Assembly (NCBI GenBank): GCA_051362555.1
Contig: CM120640.1
Coordinates: 26,708,225 to 26,772,224, forward strand
Length of the DNA stretch: 64,000 nucleotides
Direction of reading: 5' to 3'
Source of the DNA: Lingula anatina
Taxonomy: Eukaryota > Animalia > Brachiopoda
Below, piece by piece: positions 35,901-47,545 of the stretch (position 1 is the first letter of the stretch; each line of letters starts with the position of its first letter). Made by a program: the position numbers and the translations under genes. Below the pieces are notes generated by a model. The model was not told the DNA's origin, made no database searches, and worked only from the letters and a program-made list of their open reading frames with translations.

Positions 35901-38900
35901 CTTTGTCCCCGATGACAATAATAGTGCTTATAGACATACAAATTTTGCTAATTAAGCAGACTTGCCCTCGCTGACTGATTCATCACGCCCGTAACTGGGG
36001 AGGGGGGGGGGTTAAAAAAAGGTCTATTCTGGATGAAACCAAATATCGACAGTGGGTAGAATACGTCGTAAACACCTTCATATAGACCATATATCGCGTT
36101 TGCTAGCAATAAAAAGTTTGGGAAGAATAAGCAATTTATTTCCAAGTTCGATTGAAATATATATGCAGATGGGGAAACGTTCTTGAAGTCAACACCGCAA
36201 GATCTTACATTTACTACAATCGACCAAAAGATCAGCGGGATCGACCGCCCAGACTTCTTGGCGCCAAATACCACGCGCTGTCAAAGTCTGACGAACACGT
36301 GTCGCTGTTCACCTACATGGATAACTGATTTGTCAACAATAAAAATGACGTCTTCCTTAACTCCATGGGGGCTTCATAGAGAGTTCCACTGGGTATTTAC
36401 GTTACCTGTGAGTCACTTTCTATTTCCCCAGATGCATGAAATGTTGATAATATTTAGCGTAATCCACGACGAACTCCATTCCTGTGACCCCCCTCCCCCA
36501 AAATGGGACCGTCTTCATTAACATGTGGTTTGCGCTATGCTGGAGCAGGCCAGATAAAACCAATCTCTCATTTCTGCATGTGCTCAATTCTCACGTCAAA
36601 TTATAAATGCACCTGTTTTGTGAAAATTATGGCAAGTAAATGCTTTTTTTTACGTTCGGGTTGTATCAGTGGGGTTTTCAATACGCACCGTGGTTTGTGC
36701 ACAGCGAGAGTATACAAGTATATAAGTAAGAAAATCGGAAGAGTGCAAGCAAGATACTGTATGTCTATCGGCACAGGTACGCTCCGTATTTTGCCTTTTC
36801 TCAATATGTTTTTATATGACATGCTTTTTAAATAAAATACTTAATAGTAATTTGAAGTTACACTGATTTCCGTTTGAGTACCAGTTGGTATTCTTTGATA
36901 CGGGTGATTGAATTTTCTTCGGAAGTACGTACGTCTACGCCTCGACGCTGAGCAAGCCTTGCGGGTTGAAAACAACTGATCTCAGACTGGTAAAAAATTT
37001 CAAGTCGGTTGATTTCAGTTGTCATATTAAAATTCAAATAGGGCGTACGTAAATCACACACCTAGTTTAAGGATGTAGATAACAGGGGTAGCTATCTTCT
37101 AAACCGGCCAAGATATACCAACATGTTACATATCAATAGAAAGCTTATTTCAACAGCTCTTCATTTCATATCCTTATTTTATTATGTAATTGTTACGTAA
37201 TGAGATATAATGCTTAATAGGTGTGCTCAACATGATCTTTACACCTTAAAAACTAGAATTCCACTACAAATGGACATGTGTAGACAGCTTGACTCGTGAG
37301 CCCTCATAGGGATCAACAAGAATGCGCCTCAAATTAGCGATATGTGTTAAATTAGCAGAGATATCAAAATAAACTTGGTTTCCAGTTCAACGAGACCCCC
37401 TAGCCTAACTAAAGCATGCCTAAGTTGAAAACGGAGCTGATGTTATGAAATCCCAGACACATACTTTCAGACAAACCTTAGATCTAACGAAGGAATACCA
37501 GCTTTCATCGGTTGAGAGTTCTAATTAATTTTGACACTGGTCTAAATCGTTCTCTTGAAGCCATAAACTGAAGCGGAGAAATCAGCCTTTTAGTGCTCCC
37601 CGGAGATTACAACGTTATATAATCAGTGAGCTGCATTGGCAAGCTGAGAAATTTAGTTATTTATACTGGTTCAGCCCTCTACTCACTGCCTATGTAACTG
37701 TCACTATGTCTTTCATCCATTTTCAACATTATTATTGAACATTTTCAACCGGAGGCCCCCTCCATGCATTGACAGCAGCCACCATGTTAGTCGTGACGTC
37801 AGCCTTCTTCACCACGTGACACCTAGGGGGAGTGCCTTTGCCCATATACGTCTCATCTATATGTCTGCTTTTTAAAGCTTTAATAGATCGTCAGAATTAA
37901 GTTCACTGATAAATTCAAAGTGAAAAGTATTGTTTGGCAAGTGAAAGCGCGACGTTACTCACAGAATGTGAAAGGCTTAGCAGCAATCTAGTACGGGAAA
38001 TATACAGCTGCACAGTGGAGCTGCCAATCAAACACATATATGGACAAGTGTGACCTACTTTAAAACTCAGACACACTACCACAGGGGTAAATCAGCAATT
38101 AAGCTAAAATTACGGGTTTATTTGTAAACTTCCATTATTTTAAGATAGGCTGATATGTAGTTGATATTTCATCTATCTAATACTGACAAATTCAGAAAAA
38201 CACCCAAATTTTGAAAATTTACTGTTATCTACATCCTTAAGTCCACTAAAGCTACCGGTTTCAAATATAAGTGACCGGCCTTTGTTTACAATACCTGTCT
38301 CCGGGGAAATACTCGTCCCACTTGTGAAGCGCATCATGAAAGTGATCGTATGTGAGAGAAATATATAATCAAAAATTATAATTGTCGTCTTTTTTAATGT
38401 TAAGTAATGTTAGCACATATTGTACACAGCAAAATAAGATTTCAGGAGGATAAAACATGCCTGAAACACGTGTTAGGCGAAAATTGCGGCTTATCTTGCG
38501 TAACACTTCCGGTAAAATGCAATACTTCCGGAAAGATGGACGTTTTGGCAGATGCCCCTAACAATCCGACGATATCAAAGGTTTCCATTTGCTGTATTTT
38601 AATCAATTCGACCAAACTGACATTTCCATGAAATTAATTAATTAATCTTGGTCGAATTGTTTGGCATATTACCGTATATTTACCTCAAGCTCTGCCAAGG
38701 GGGTTATATTTTCACCCCTGTTTGTCTGTCATCCACATAACACAAAAAGTTATGGACCGATTTTGCAGAAATTTTCAGGAACTGTCGGAAGTGGGCCAAA
38801 GAGGACAATGATTAATTTTTGGTGGTGGTCCGGATCAATAATCAATCAATTATCAATAATAATCAACAATTGCTGCCTTGGCAGAGGTCTGCACTCTCAA

Positions 38901-39999
38901 AGTGCCTTTCTAGTTTTGTTGTTTTCCTTTATAATTTTTTCTCAAACACTTGCATTTGTGACTTTTAACTCTCTTCTGCCTGGGGCTCTGCATATTTTCT
39001 GTATTTCTACAAAAGCAGTTGTATTGTTTTTTATGTCTTTAAACATTATGTAATATTATTTTATGCACTGTCATCATTTTTCAAATATTGAGACTTTCAT
39101 AATGTGAATTTGAACTCTCATGGTCCTGAAACTGTAATCTTATTGAAGGGGTGGATTGAGACCATCTTCTGGGTCTTCCGGAAGGCAGTCAGGTTATTAA
39201 GTTTATATTGACTGGTATCTATTTTTTCTGTTGGAAGACCATCAAAATGGAGGATGGATCAACATAGATACTTTGTAATACTGTCAGAAAATATCTCTGG
39301 GTCTGCTCCTGTTATTGACCATGTTACCTGTTGTGCAAGATTAAAATTCAGTGTTGACTGAGAGTGCTATTATAAGGATTATTTATTATTGCATCAAAAT
39401 TGACAAAATGACCTTTTTTGCATCTTTATTTTCTGTTTTTTGTCTGTACATTTGACAGCTTTGCTGCCTTGTTTTCTAAACAGTTTGGTTTTTTGTTAAA
39501 ATCTCTTAAGAGATTATAACTGAGTACAGCCATCAATGGAGGTCACGTGATCTTAAGACAAGCTCAGATATCTGAATAATAGCTATAACTGCCGTTTTTG
39601 TGGTAAAACAGAATATGTTATATTTCTGTGAGTTGTTCACAATGTTTTTATTGTGAAATATAGATATCACACGAAGAGTTATTATCCCTTTAAGCTTTTT
39701 GTGTAATTTCATTTGCTGTGTCAGATGTAGGATTTGAAAAGTTGCAAAAATTGTAATGAATTATGCATTTGATTTTTAGAGAAGATTATTTATAAAGCCA
39801 AATATTATAACCAAAGTACATGATCATACTGCCATTATTTTTCTAGGCTATTCAAGTCCTAGGAGGCATGGGTTATGTTACAGACATGCCAGCAGAGAGA
39901 CACTACAGAGATGCCAGGATTACAGAGATATATGAAGGCACCAGTGAAATACAGAGACTGGTTATTGCTGGAAACATATACAAAGAGTATTATGGATGA
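23443..39999 (+). CDS. ACADS: Short-chain specific acyl-CoA dehydrogenase, mitochondrial, 11 coding exons
   Basis: Exons 23443-23509, 24047-24192, 24581-24730, 25004-25115, 30813-30964, 31182-31352, 31562-31618, 31893-31973, 32090-32185, 32705-32761, 39847-39999. Basic transit peptide; [54 protein letters not shown] and [25 protein letters not shown]. Confidence 0.96.
25438..26580 (+). repeat. 161-bp satellite array, about 7 units, inside HINE copy 1
   Basis: Unit starts GATAAC at 25438, 25599, 25760, 25922, 26083, about 26275 and 26437; units diverge toward the 3' end. Confidence 0.92.
27306..28129 (-). mobile_element. Solo LTR (824 bp) nested in HINE copy 1
   Basis: TGT...ACA ends with imperfect IR (TGTAGCGGAC / GTCGGCAACA); perfect 5-bp TSD AAATG at 27301-27305 and 28130-28134; TATAAAA and AATAAA on the minus strand; absent from copy 2. 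Confidence 0.85.
29899..29952. repeat. (TA)n microsatellite
   Basis: Pure AT dinucleotide run; the homologous run in copy 2 (about 35540) is much shorter. Confidence 0.95.
30000..30188 (+). mobile_element. Mini-HINE nested in HINE copy 1
   Basis: Subterminal IR ACCTCTGCCAAGG (30003) / CCTTGGCAGAGGT (30150), 3' hairpin GCACTC-tcg-GAGTGC, ends CTAGTT. Confidence 0.75.
33094..33730 (+). repeat. 161-bp satellite array, 4 units, inside HINE copy 2
   Basis: Unit starts at 33094, 33255, 33416 and 33577. Confidence 0.92.
35600..38674. mobile_element. Non-autonomous TA-flanked TIR DNA transposon (Tc1/mariner/pogo-type ends) nested in HINE copy 2
   Basis: TIRs CGGTAATGTGCCAAGCATTTCGAC / GTCGAATTGTTTGGCATATTACCG; TA duplicated. 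The empty site GGAATTATATTTACC is visible in copy 1 at 29991-30005. No transposase ORF recognised. Confidence 0.85.
37071..38236. mobile_element. Kolobok-like MITE (1166 bp)
   Basis: Perfect 15-bp TIR GGATGTAGATAACAG / CTGTTATCTACATCC flanked by TTAA on both sides. GG...CC termini with a TTAA TSD fit Kolobok better than piggyBac. Confidence 0.85.
38677..38914 (+). mobile_element. Mini-HINE nested in HINE copy 2
   Basis: Homologous to 30000-30188 at the same position in the host element; a more complete internal part. Confidence 0.75.
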
Positions 40000-41103
40000 A
40001 ATCAAATTAATGCACGTACCTCATGTTCAGAAAAACATGTTATTGATTTCATCATTTCGTAGAATATCATCAGTGTAGAGTTTTGAAGATTATTTCAATA
40101 CTTAAAAGTTTCATTGGAGATTGTTTTATTTACATGATAGTTTCAAGCAGTGTTTATATTCTTTCAACAATGGGTAAAATACTTCACCACATTTAACAAG
40201 GGATGTGAGTGGATGTAGTAAAATATACTGACAGTCAATGAAAACACATCAGAAAACTGTCCTTTTTTACCGAGAATTCCAACCATATAAATGAGTACAA
40301 ATTTTTCTACCTTTATTTCACCTTGTGTGACTGAATAATGTGTCATATTTCACACGAAAACTTATTTTCTTAATGTGCCATAGGATTATTTGATAAATAA
40401 ATTATGCATTTTTATTGACTGTCAGCATATCTATGTTCAATCTAAAGTGCAGTAGGTAGAAAAAAACTTAATATTTAACAGAGGATATGATGGCATTTAC
40501 TTTATTTTTTTTGTTAAGTCCAAGAAAAATGAAAGATAATTTTGCATTAATTAACTGAATCTTTTTTAAGATATTCAGTTTTGATATTTAGGTGAATAAA
40601 ACATGATTTCGAGTTTAAAGATACTGCACTAGAAATGATTTATGAAAGAAGGTTGTTATGTAAATAGCACAACAAATAAGTAATACAATGGCAATGCATT
40701 TATTGAAGTGATCAGTAAAGTTTGTAAAATCTTGAGGACAGATCTAAATTAATAAATCATTTTTTTTCTTGTTCGCCTTTTACTTTTGGTCTACTTCACT
40801 CGGGTTACAGCTTCAATAACAGAAACTAACAGGCTGATAATCTTCAATTATAAAAGATACATTTGCTGTACAGTGCATTTGTGTACCTGTCATGATTATA
40901 TGTGGCACAGATGAGCAATATTCAATAAGTTATTTCTAGATCAATATGTTACAGACAAAATTATTTTTTATCAATATCCATATCAAAGAGAAAATGACAA
41001 ATATCACTTCAGCTTCAATCATTCCACATAAAACAGTTGCATTGGAGTGTACTATGAATAAAAAAATTCCCAGTCATCATTCCCTTTTCCCAGTGAGATC
41101 AGT

Positions 41104-42270
41104 TCATTCATCTTCAAAAAGCATTTGTACCAATTTGGAATCTGCACACTGCTCTTCTTCTAACCTCTGTGGCTAAAATAGAGATGTGACTACTTCAGAC
41201 AGTTGCCTGTCATTTCATATATAAATCACACAAAATGGCCTGGTCAACTTGAATAAATAAGTTGGTAGGACAAACAAAATCATTAATGAGATAAAGAACA
41301 ATAGGACAATCTGCAAATGACACTTAGTTTGCATGAACATATTAAAGCCCAACACAAAATATTTTGAAAAAAAAAAAAAAAAAAAAAAACAAAGGCTGAG
41401 AATACTTGTCTACAGAAATTGAAAAACTCTTTATAATGAATACCAACCGTGCCCCATCGCATTAATGTTGGTACACACTTCAGTCGCAGTTTGTCATCTT
41501 TTCTGAATATATTATTCAGATCTTTCCAACTAAAGTAGAAAAAGTATTTTTAACTGAACTATTCACTTTTTCTAGAACATCCAACAAAAATCTACTTTCA
41601 ATTCAATAATGCTGGTACATGTATATTCAACTGATGAAAAAGCAACATTTTGAGTGTATATGATGGAAATGTACTCACAATGGTTTGTCTCCAACTCCAC
41701 ATTCTATAAAGACAGCTTCATCTGGGACAAATTTCATGCACTCCTTTACCACTGGCTCAGCTAGAAAGACTTATATGCATGAGCATACAGTATATATATT
41801 CATACATATGTACCTGATGTACCAGTACATGCAGATCAATCGTGGCACATGAAAATTATACAAATGACTTGTAACACCAAGGCAAGTATATACTTTTTTT
41901 AATAATAAAAGGGAAACATTACATAAATAACATACAGTATATACTGTTCCTTATACTGATATGTATTTGGGTAATTGAGTATAAGAGAAGGAATTACACT
42001 ACAAAATTCACTGAGGTACAACCGATTAAGTTCGACTAGCAGTACTACTAGTACATGTACCAGTGTCAGTACATAGATACCCTGTGGTTAACTCCTTAGT
42101 TGTCAAAATTTAAACATGTACCATGCAGTACCTTTAACGCAATCTGGGCACCAACTAGAACCTGCACCATCTTTAGAACCACTAAAGAGAGCAAACACAG
42201 GTTTCCCCTTGTGCTCTGTGGCAGTCTTCATGAATGCTTCATGTCCTTCGACGTGGATTTGTTGGACCAT
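41104..42270 (-). CDS. TXNDC17: Thioredoxin domain-containing protein 17 (TRP14), 4 exons
   Basis: Exons 42270-42132, 41760-41679, 41529-41448, 41172-41104; [51 protein letters not shown]...MLFEDE*. Confidence 0.95.
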
Positions 42271-42372
42271 GGTTGTGGCTTTGTAACACAGCTTCCCGTT
42301 CAGTTGTTTACTCCCCACCGGATGTGCACGTGCTTGGGTATTACTTCCTCATTGCGCGCGCAAGAAATATAC
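42271..42372. promoter_or_regulatory. Bidirectional promoter TXNDC17/TADA2A
   Basis: GC-richer patch with CCGGATGTG (ETS-like), CACGTG (E-box) and TGCGCGCGCA (NRF1-like) between the TXNDC17 ATG and a probable non-coding first exon of TADA2A (donor GTAAGT at 42390). Confidence 0.6.
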
Positions 42373-42652
42373 ATGCAAAGGTGGAGGTGGTAAGTTCAAA
42401 GTTATAATGTGAACGGTTTCATTGATTGCTTTTGTCAAAAGGTTTTACGCAGAAAGACTGATAAAATTAGTCAGTGTATGAATTCAGTGGTCTATTATTT
42501 TTCGTCACTGTTGGGCACCCGCTGAGGATATGCGCCCCCCCCCTTCACAGCTAGATACAGAATGATAGGATGCTTCTCCCTTCTGCATATAAGTTATGAG
42601 CAAGCCTTTTATTGGATACAAACCAACGAAGTGTCTTGTTTCAGATTAAGAA

Positions 42653-45600
42653 ATGGACACCCATACCCAGTGCCCGGGGTGCACCATTACCCTCCAGGAG
42701 CCGTATATCCGCTGTGCTGAATGCCCAGTTCAAACCTGTCTCCACTGCTTTGCCAGAGGACTGGAAGTGGACAGGCACAAAAGTGACCATAACTACATTG
42801 TGATAGTGAGTATTGTTCACTTTGTGCTGTATTTTGTTCACCCTTTTGGCATTCTGAGTCTTGTAACTCCTCTATACCCCTGGTATTTTATGTAGAAATT
42901 TTTTGGGGGGTCAAAGCATTTTTTTATATGTTGGAATTCTTTGATTTGGGGTACATCCAACAGTACTGTTTAATTGATTAAAAAAAATTTTTAATGATTG
43001 TTTGTTCTTTGTAAAATATCTATTTTGCTTTTTTACAGAAGCATGATTTCTCTCTGTTTGACAAGGCCTGGACAGCTGCTGAGGAAATGAGACTGCTGGA
43101 AGCTGTAGCTGACTGTGGAGTGGGAAACTGGTCAGTATATATTAGAACAGGTGTCTAATGAAAGCAGATTAAATTAAATCAAATTAAAATGTTAATGCTC
43201 ATTGAACAGATACAATGGAATACACTAATTTTTTAGAAATTTTATTCAAGGCATTTCTCCAACACAACATCTGAATATATTTATTTAACAGTTTGTATTG
43301 AAAAATGAGCCTAATAAATCAATATCAGTATTAAAACATGTCTATCATGTAAGTTATAACACTACTCTTTAATTCTAGGACTGACATATCCCACCAAATG
43401 CAGACCAAAAGTAAACAAGACTGTGAGCACCATTACTATAGATACTATATCAGTGATGCCAAATATCCACTGCCAGGTAAGACATTTGCAATGTCACTTG
43501 ATTTTGGCTAACATGGCATGAGTATATTGTAGAATATATGTTGTGCTTTCTAGTATACGTAAAGGGATTATTCAATATTTTGACCTTTATTAACAGATTC
43601 GTTCACTATTGTTTTAAATGTTTATTCAATATACGAGAATAAATAATTAGGTTTGCTTCTTATTTCTCATGCTACAGAATTGGAGGACCCTATGATAAGC
43701 ATGCACCCTGCACCAGTTACATATAAAAGTAAGTCTATTAATTATGTCTCTCTGTCTATTAACATTGGCATTTAAGACTTAATTATCATCAATGTAGATT
43801 TAATAAATATATATGCCCCCTTTCTATTGTCGAAATAATTAAGTGCTCATTCACAACCCTCTGATATCAGGAGCTTCTAAAATAGTATACAAAATTAAAA
43901 TTGAATTAAATTCTTGATTTTGAACAGACTACTAGCACACCTTGTGATCAGAGAGTACTCATTTACTCATAGTCTTTGCATTATGGTAGTGTGTGAAGAC
44001 CCTCCTCGGCCTGCTGTTGCCTCTCTGTCGTACACCGAGATGGCTGGGTACCTGGCTGCCAGGGGCGATTTTACAACCGAGTACAACAACTATGCTGAGA
44101 CAGACCTGAGAGAACTGGAGTTCACAGAGACAGATGGGGAATTAGACAAGGGCAAGTGGAGCTTTATAAAGTTTTTTGAAAGTTTGTTTGAAGCTTGGAA
44201 TGGGTTATTGTAATGCTTTAATACAAAGCTCTTGTATTGTAACCTAGATAGAGATGTACTTTTGATTGTTTAGAGAAAGTGTGTTGTTATTGATGAAGTT
44301 GTATTTTTTTTATTGATATGTTACATGTTACGTGTTTTAGAATTGAAGATTTCAGTCCTTGATATTTATTGGCATTGCTTGAAAGAAAGACAGCGAAGAA
44401 AAAGGTTAGTGCATATGCAATTTTTTACAACATTACAGGTGTTTTTATTTTTTTAAAGCTTTTATGGTATACTCCTGCCCTCAGAATAGTAGCTTGAAAC
44501 TCAGTCCACCATAAATTACGCAGAAATAGTTTGATTTTGATGCTTATACTGAAGGGCATGAATCAATTTAATGTAATTCACTGATATCTTTGTAAATCTT
44601 ACTTTTTCCATTCTGCCAGTAATTTACATTGTTTGGTATTGTTTTATTTTCAGAATAGTGAGAAACTATGGCCTTATCAATCTTCAAAAACTTCAAGGTA
44701 AACCTTACACCCTGTTCAAAGTTATACTTCCAACTGTAAAAAAAATACATTGTCTCTTTTTGTTTATTTATTTTTTCTCAACATTTCAGATGTTTTTCCA
44801 TTTAGGGAGTCATTATCATCAAATGGTACAATGACACTTTTTGGTATCTTTCTAGCTCAGAGCAGAAGATTTGATGCAACCATTCGCAGTTGGGTGGAAG
44901 GGCTCAGGAGTATGTTAAAAGTGTGTTCACCATATGAATGGGACAAATACCTGGAAGGACTCCATTGTAAGTACATTTTCAGAAATGTACTCCATTCTTT
45001 TAATGCTATGCCCATAGCCAGGGTGTAGCAAAGCAAGGAAAGAAATCTTACACTGTCTAGTATAATAAATTATGATAAAAATGACTTAATAAAGATTAAC
45101 GACAGAAAAAAATTAATGTGTTTTGCAGATGAACTTGAGTTACGTCAGGAGATCAAGAGACTTCAGGAATACAGGCATGCAGGCATCACACGGCTCAGAT
45201 CAGCTAGGCTGTACAGAAACCTCAAAACATCTCAGGATCAGACTAAAGAGAGGAGAAATGCACTCACTAATGTTTTGAGTAATTTAAAAGTAAGTCAGAG
45301 CTCGAAAAAATTTGTAACAGGTCAAGCTAGTTAGAATAAAATGCAAGTTTATACAAAATTTGGCCATAAAGATGATTGCCATAGAAGTTGTAGTATGTCT
45401 TTCATATTGCATTTTACCCTAAAAAGTATTATATGGACACAAAGTCTAGATAAGATGTTGTATGATTTAGGTAGAATATTAATTTTAGACAAGTTATAAA
45501 TGAGTATTTTTGTTTTGCAGGATGAGTCAGCTACTCAGCAGTGGTTGCAGAAGCAGGCTGCTTTAGGAGGGGCTCCTGTCACTTTACCTAATGCATGTAA

Positions 45601-46523
45601 GTTACTCAAATGTAGACTGAAGACCATGCTTTTCACAAATGACTAAAATATCGTAGACTCTAAAACACAGGGACGATAGAGCTGGAAAATTTGTTAAAGC
45701 CAAGGTATAAAGTGAGAAGTTACATAGATTTACCAATGTACGGCCAACATAAGCTCACGTTTCTGTTTTATTACCATCACCCAAATAGAATATTTTGAAG
45801 ACTGTTCTAGGCTTAAACCAAGTGGTCACTTACATGTACCTTCCTTACATTTTTGCCCTTTTCTAAAATTGAAAATTATGAGATTAAGACAATGAAACAT
45901 ATCTTTGAGGCATAAGTACAGGCTATTTAGAAATGAACTAGGGAGAGCAGAAAGAACCAAAGTACCAAAACCCCACAAGTAGTCCATTTATTAACATTTC
46001 TCATAACATATATAGCCAAAAGAACATTTTAAAAAGTTTTCATCTACCAGCCTCAATAATGCAATGTTTTTTTTTATATTTCTTCAGCACGGAAATGTGC
46101 CCCACCACTGGATATCATTGGTATGCCAGGATATGACAAGCTTTTGCCAAGAGAAAAAGAGGTATGGCATTTGTACGAAGAGAAACCCTTGTACTCTTAT
46201 CGATTTTAATTCAGATTGTAAGATTATTCTTTGACATTCTCTGTAAATTGATCCAAGAATTATCATTATGTTTTGGTGCAAATCATATAACATTTTCCCT
46301 TTATTGTTTACAGATGTGTGCATCAGTACGTTTAGTACCTCAAGCATTCCTGGATTTTAAGACTCTACTGGTTAATGAATGCAGAAAACATGGTTGCCTC
46401 AAATTAGCCCAGGCGAGGCAAATGATAAAGATCGATGTAAATAAAACAAGGAAAATTTATGACTTTCTGGTGGCTGAGGGCCTACTTAACAAAGAACCCT
46501 TACCTGCTGCTGGGGAAGGCTAA
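42653..46523 (+). CDS. TADA2A: Transcriptional adapter 2-alpha (ZZ finger, SANT, SWIRM), 12 coding exons
   Basis: Exons 42653-42805, 43039-43130, 43379-43476, 43678-43728, 43990-44151, 44341-44404, 44654-44697, 44856-44966, 45129-45289, 45521-45596, 46088-46161, 46314-46523. EPYIRCAEC..CL.CF, WTAAEE..LLEAV.DCG.GNW, AGY..ARGDF and LAQARQMIKIDVNKTRKIYDFL (2A-type). Confidence 0.93.
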
Positions 46524-47545
46524 ATATTGTATAACATACAGCATTTTGATATGAAAACCTATTTATTGTTATTTGTTATATTTATATGAATGTTTGTTGT
46601 AGTTCTTTATTATTCACGGGATCATTTAAGGATATTCGCAAGTACCTACAAGAGCGGTTTTACAGTTTGTTCAGCATGTTAATTATTTTTTTTATACATA
46701 ATTCTAATGTGAATGATAATAATTGATGCATTGATGAATAATAATAATTAATCACATACCATGTGATCCAAGTGAAAAGGCTGTTGCTATTTTAGCAAAT
46801 ACCGGGTACTACGTATCCATAGTAACATTTATTTTGTAAGAAATCCAGAAAAAAAATTACTTGAGGGCAATTTTCGAATCGATATGACTAGTTGTAATGA
46901 ATTTAATGGGAATGACCTTGTTTGGTGTGTGTCATTACACGTTATACCAAAACAAATTTCATCGGCTATTCCTGGATTCCTGGTCCTCTGATGCAAATCT
47001 TTCAAATGCTCAATACTTGAGTTATGTAAATGATTGTCAAATGGGAATGTTTGGGATAGTTTGTTGATGAGTTATAGAATTAAGAGATGTAACATTAACA
47101 TGACTGAGAGACAACCCAAGAAAGTTAATTGCATCGGGGATCCCAGTACAGCTTAATATGTCATTTTGTCACGGCCAGGAAATACACCCGACTTTAATCG
47201 TGGTCAATAAGATAAATGCCACCATCTATTGTCCCTCTAGCAATAAAACTCACTAGCCTTAAATATTAAATATGTCTGCATGTCACTTCTATAAAGATGT
47301 GCTTCAATTAAATTTCTGTCGTCGTGCTGCCTTATTGGCAAGGACATTAAAAGACTGGTAAATTTCTTATTGGATACGTCTCTGATTTAGAATGCGGCGC
47401 TCAAAATCTTATCAAGCATCTACGTGCACATTACTATACATAAGATAGACTGTGCGACTCTCTATCAAAGTAAACAAACCACAGATGCACCAGCTGTGAC
47501 CTTCATATGTTCTGATAGCACGCGTTCTAATTACATGTAAAGGTA

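Larger units (their letters stand above)
33007..39473 (+). mobile_element. Large HINE-like element, copy 2, ACADS intron 10
   Basis: Same 5' hairpin and microsatellite and same 3' end (GTCTGTACATTTGACAGCTTTGCTGCCTTGTTT) as copy 1; different flanks; same orientation. Confidence 0.8.

Noticed and set aside
35948-36835. ORFs of 108-112 aa inside the TA-flanked element as a possible transposase or cargo
   Set aside because: No recognisable DDE, HTH or other domain; lengths are compatible with chance.
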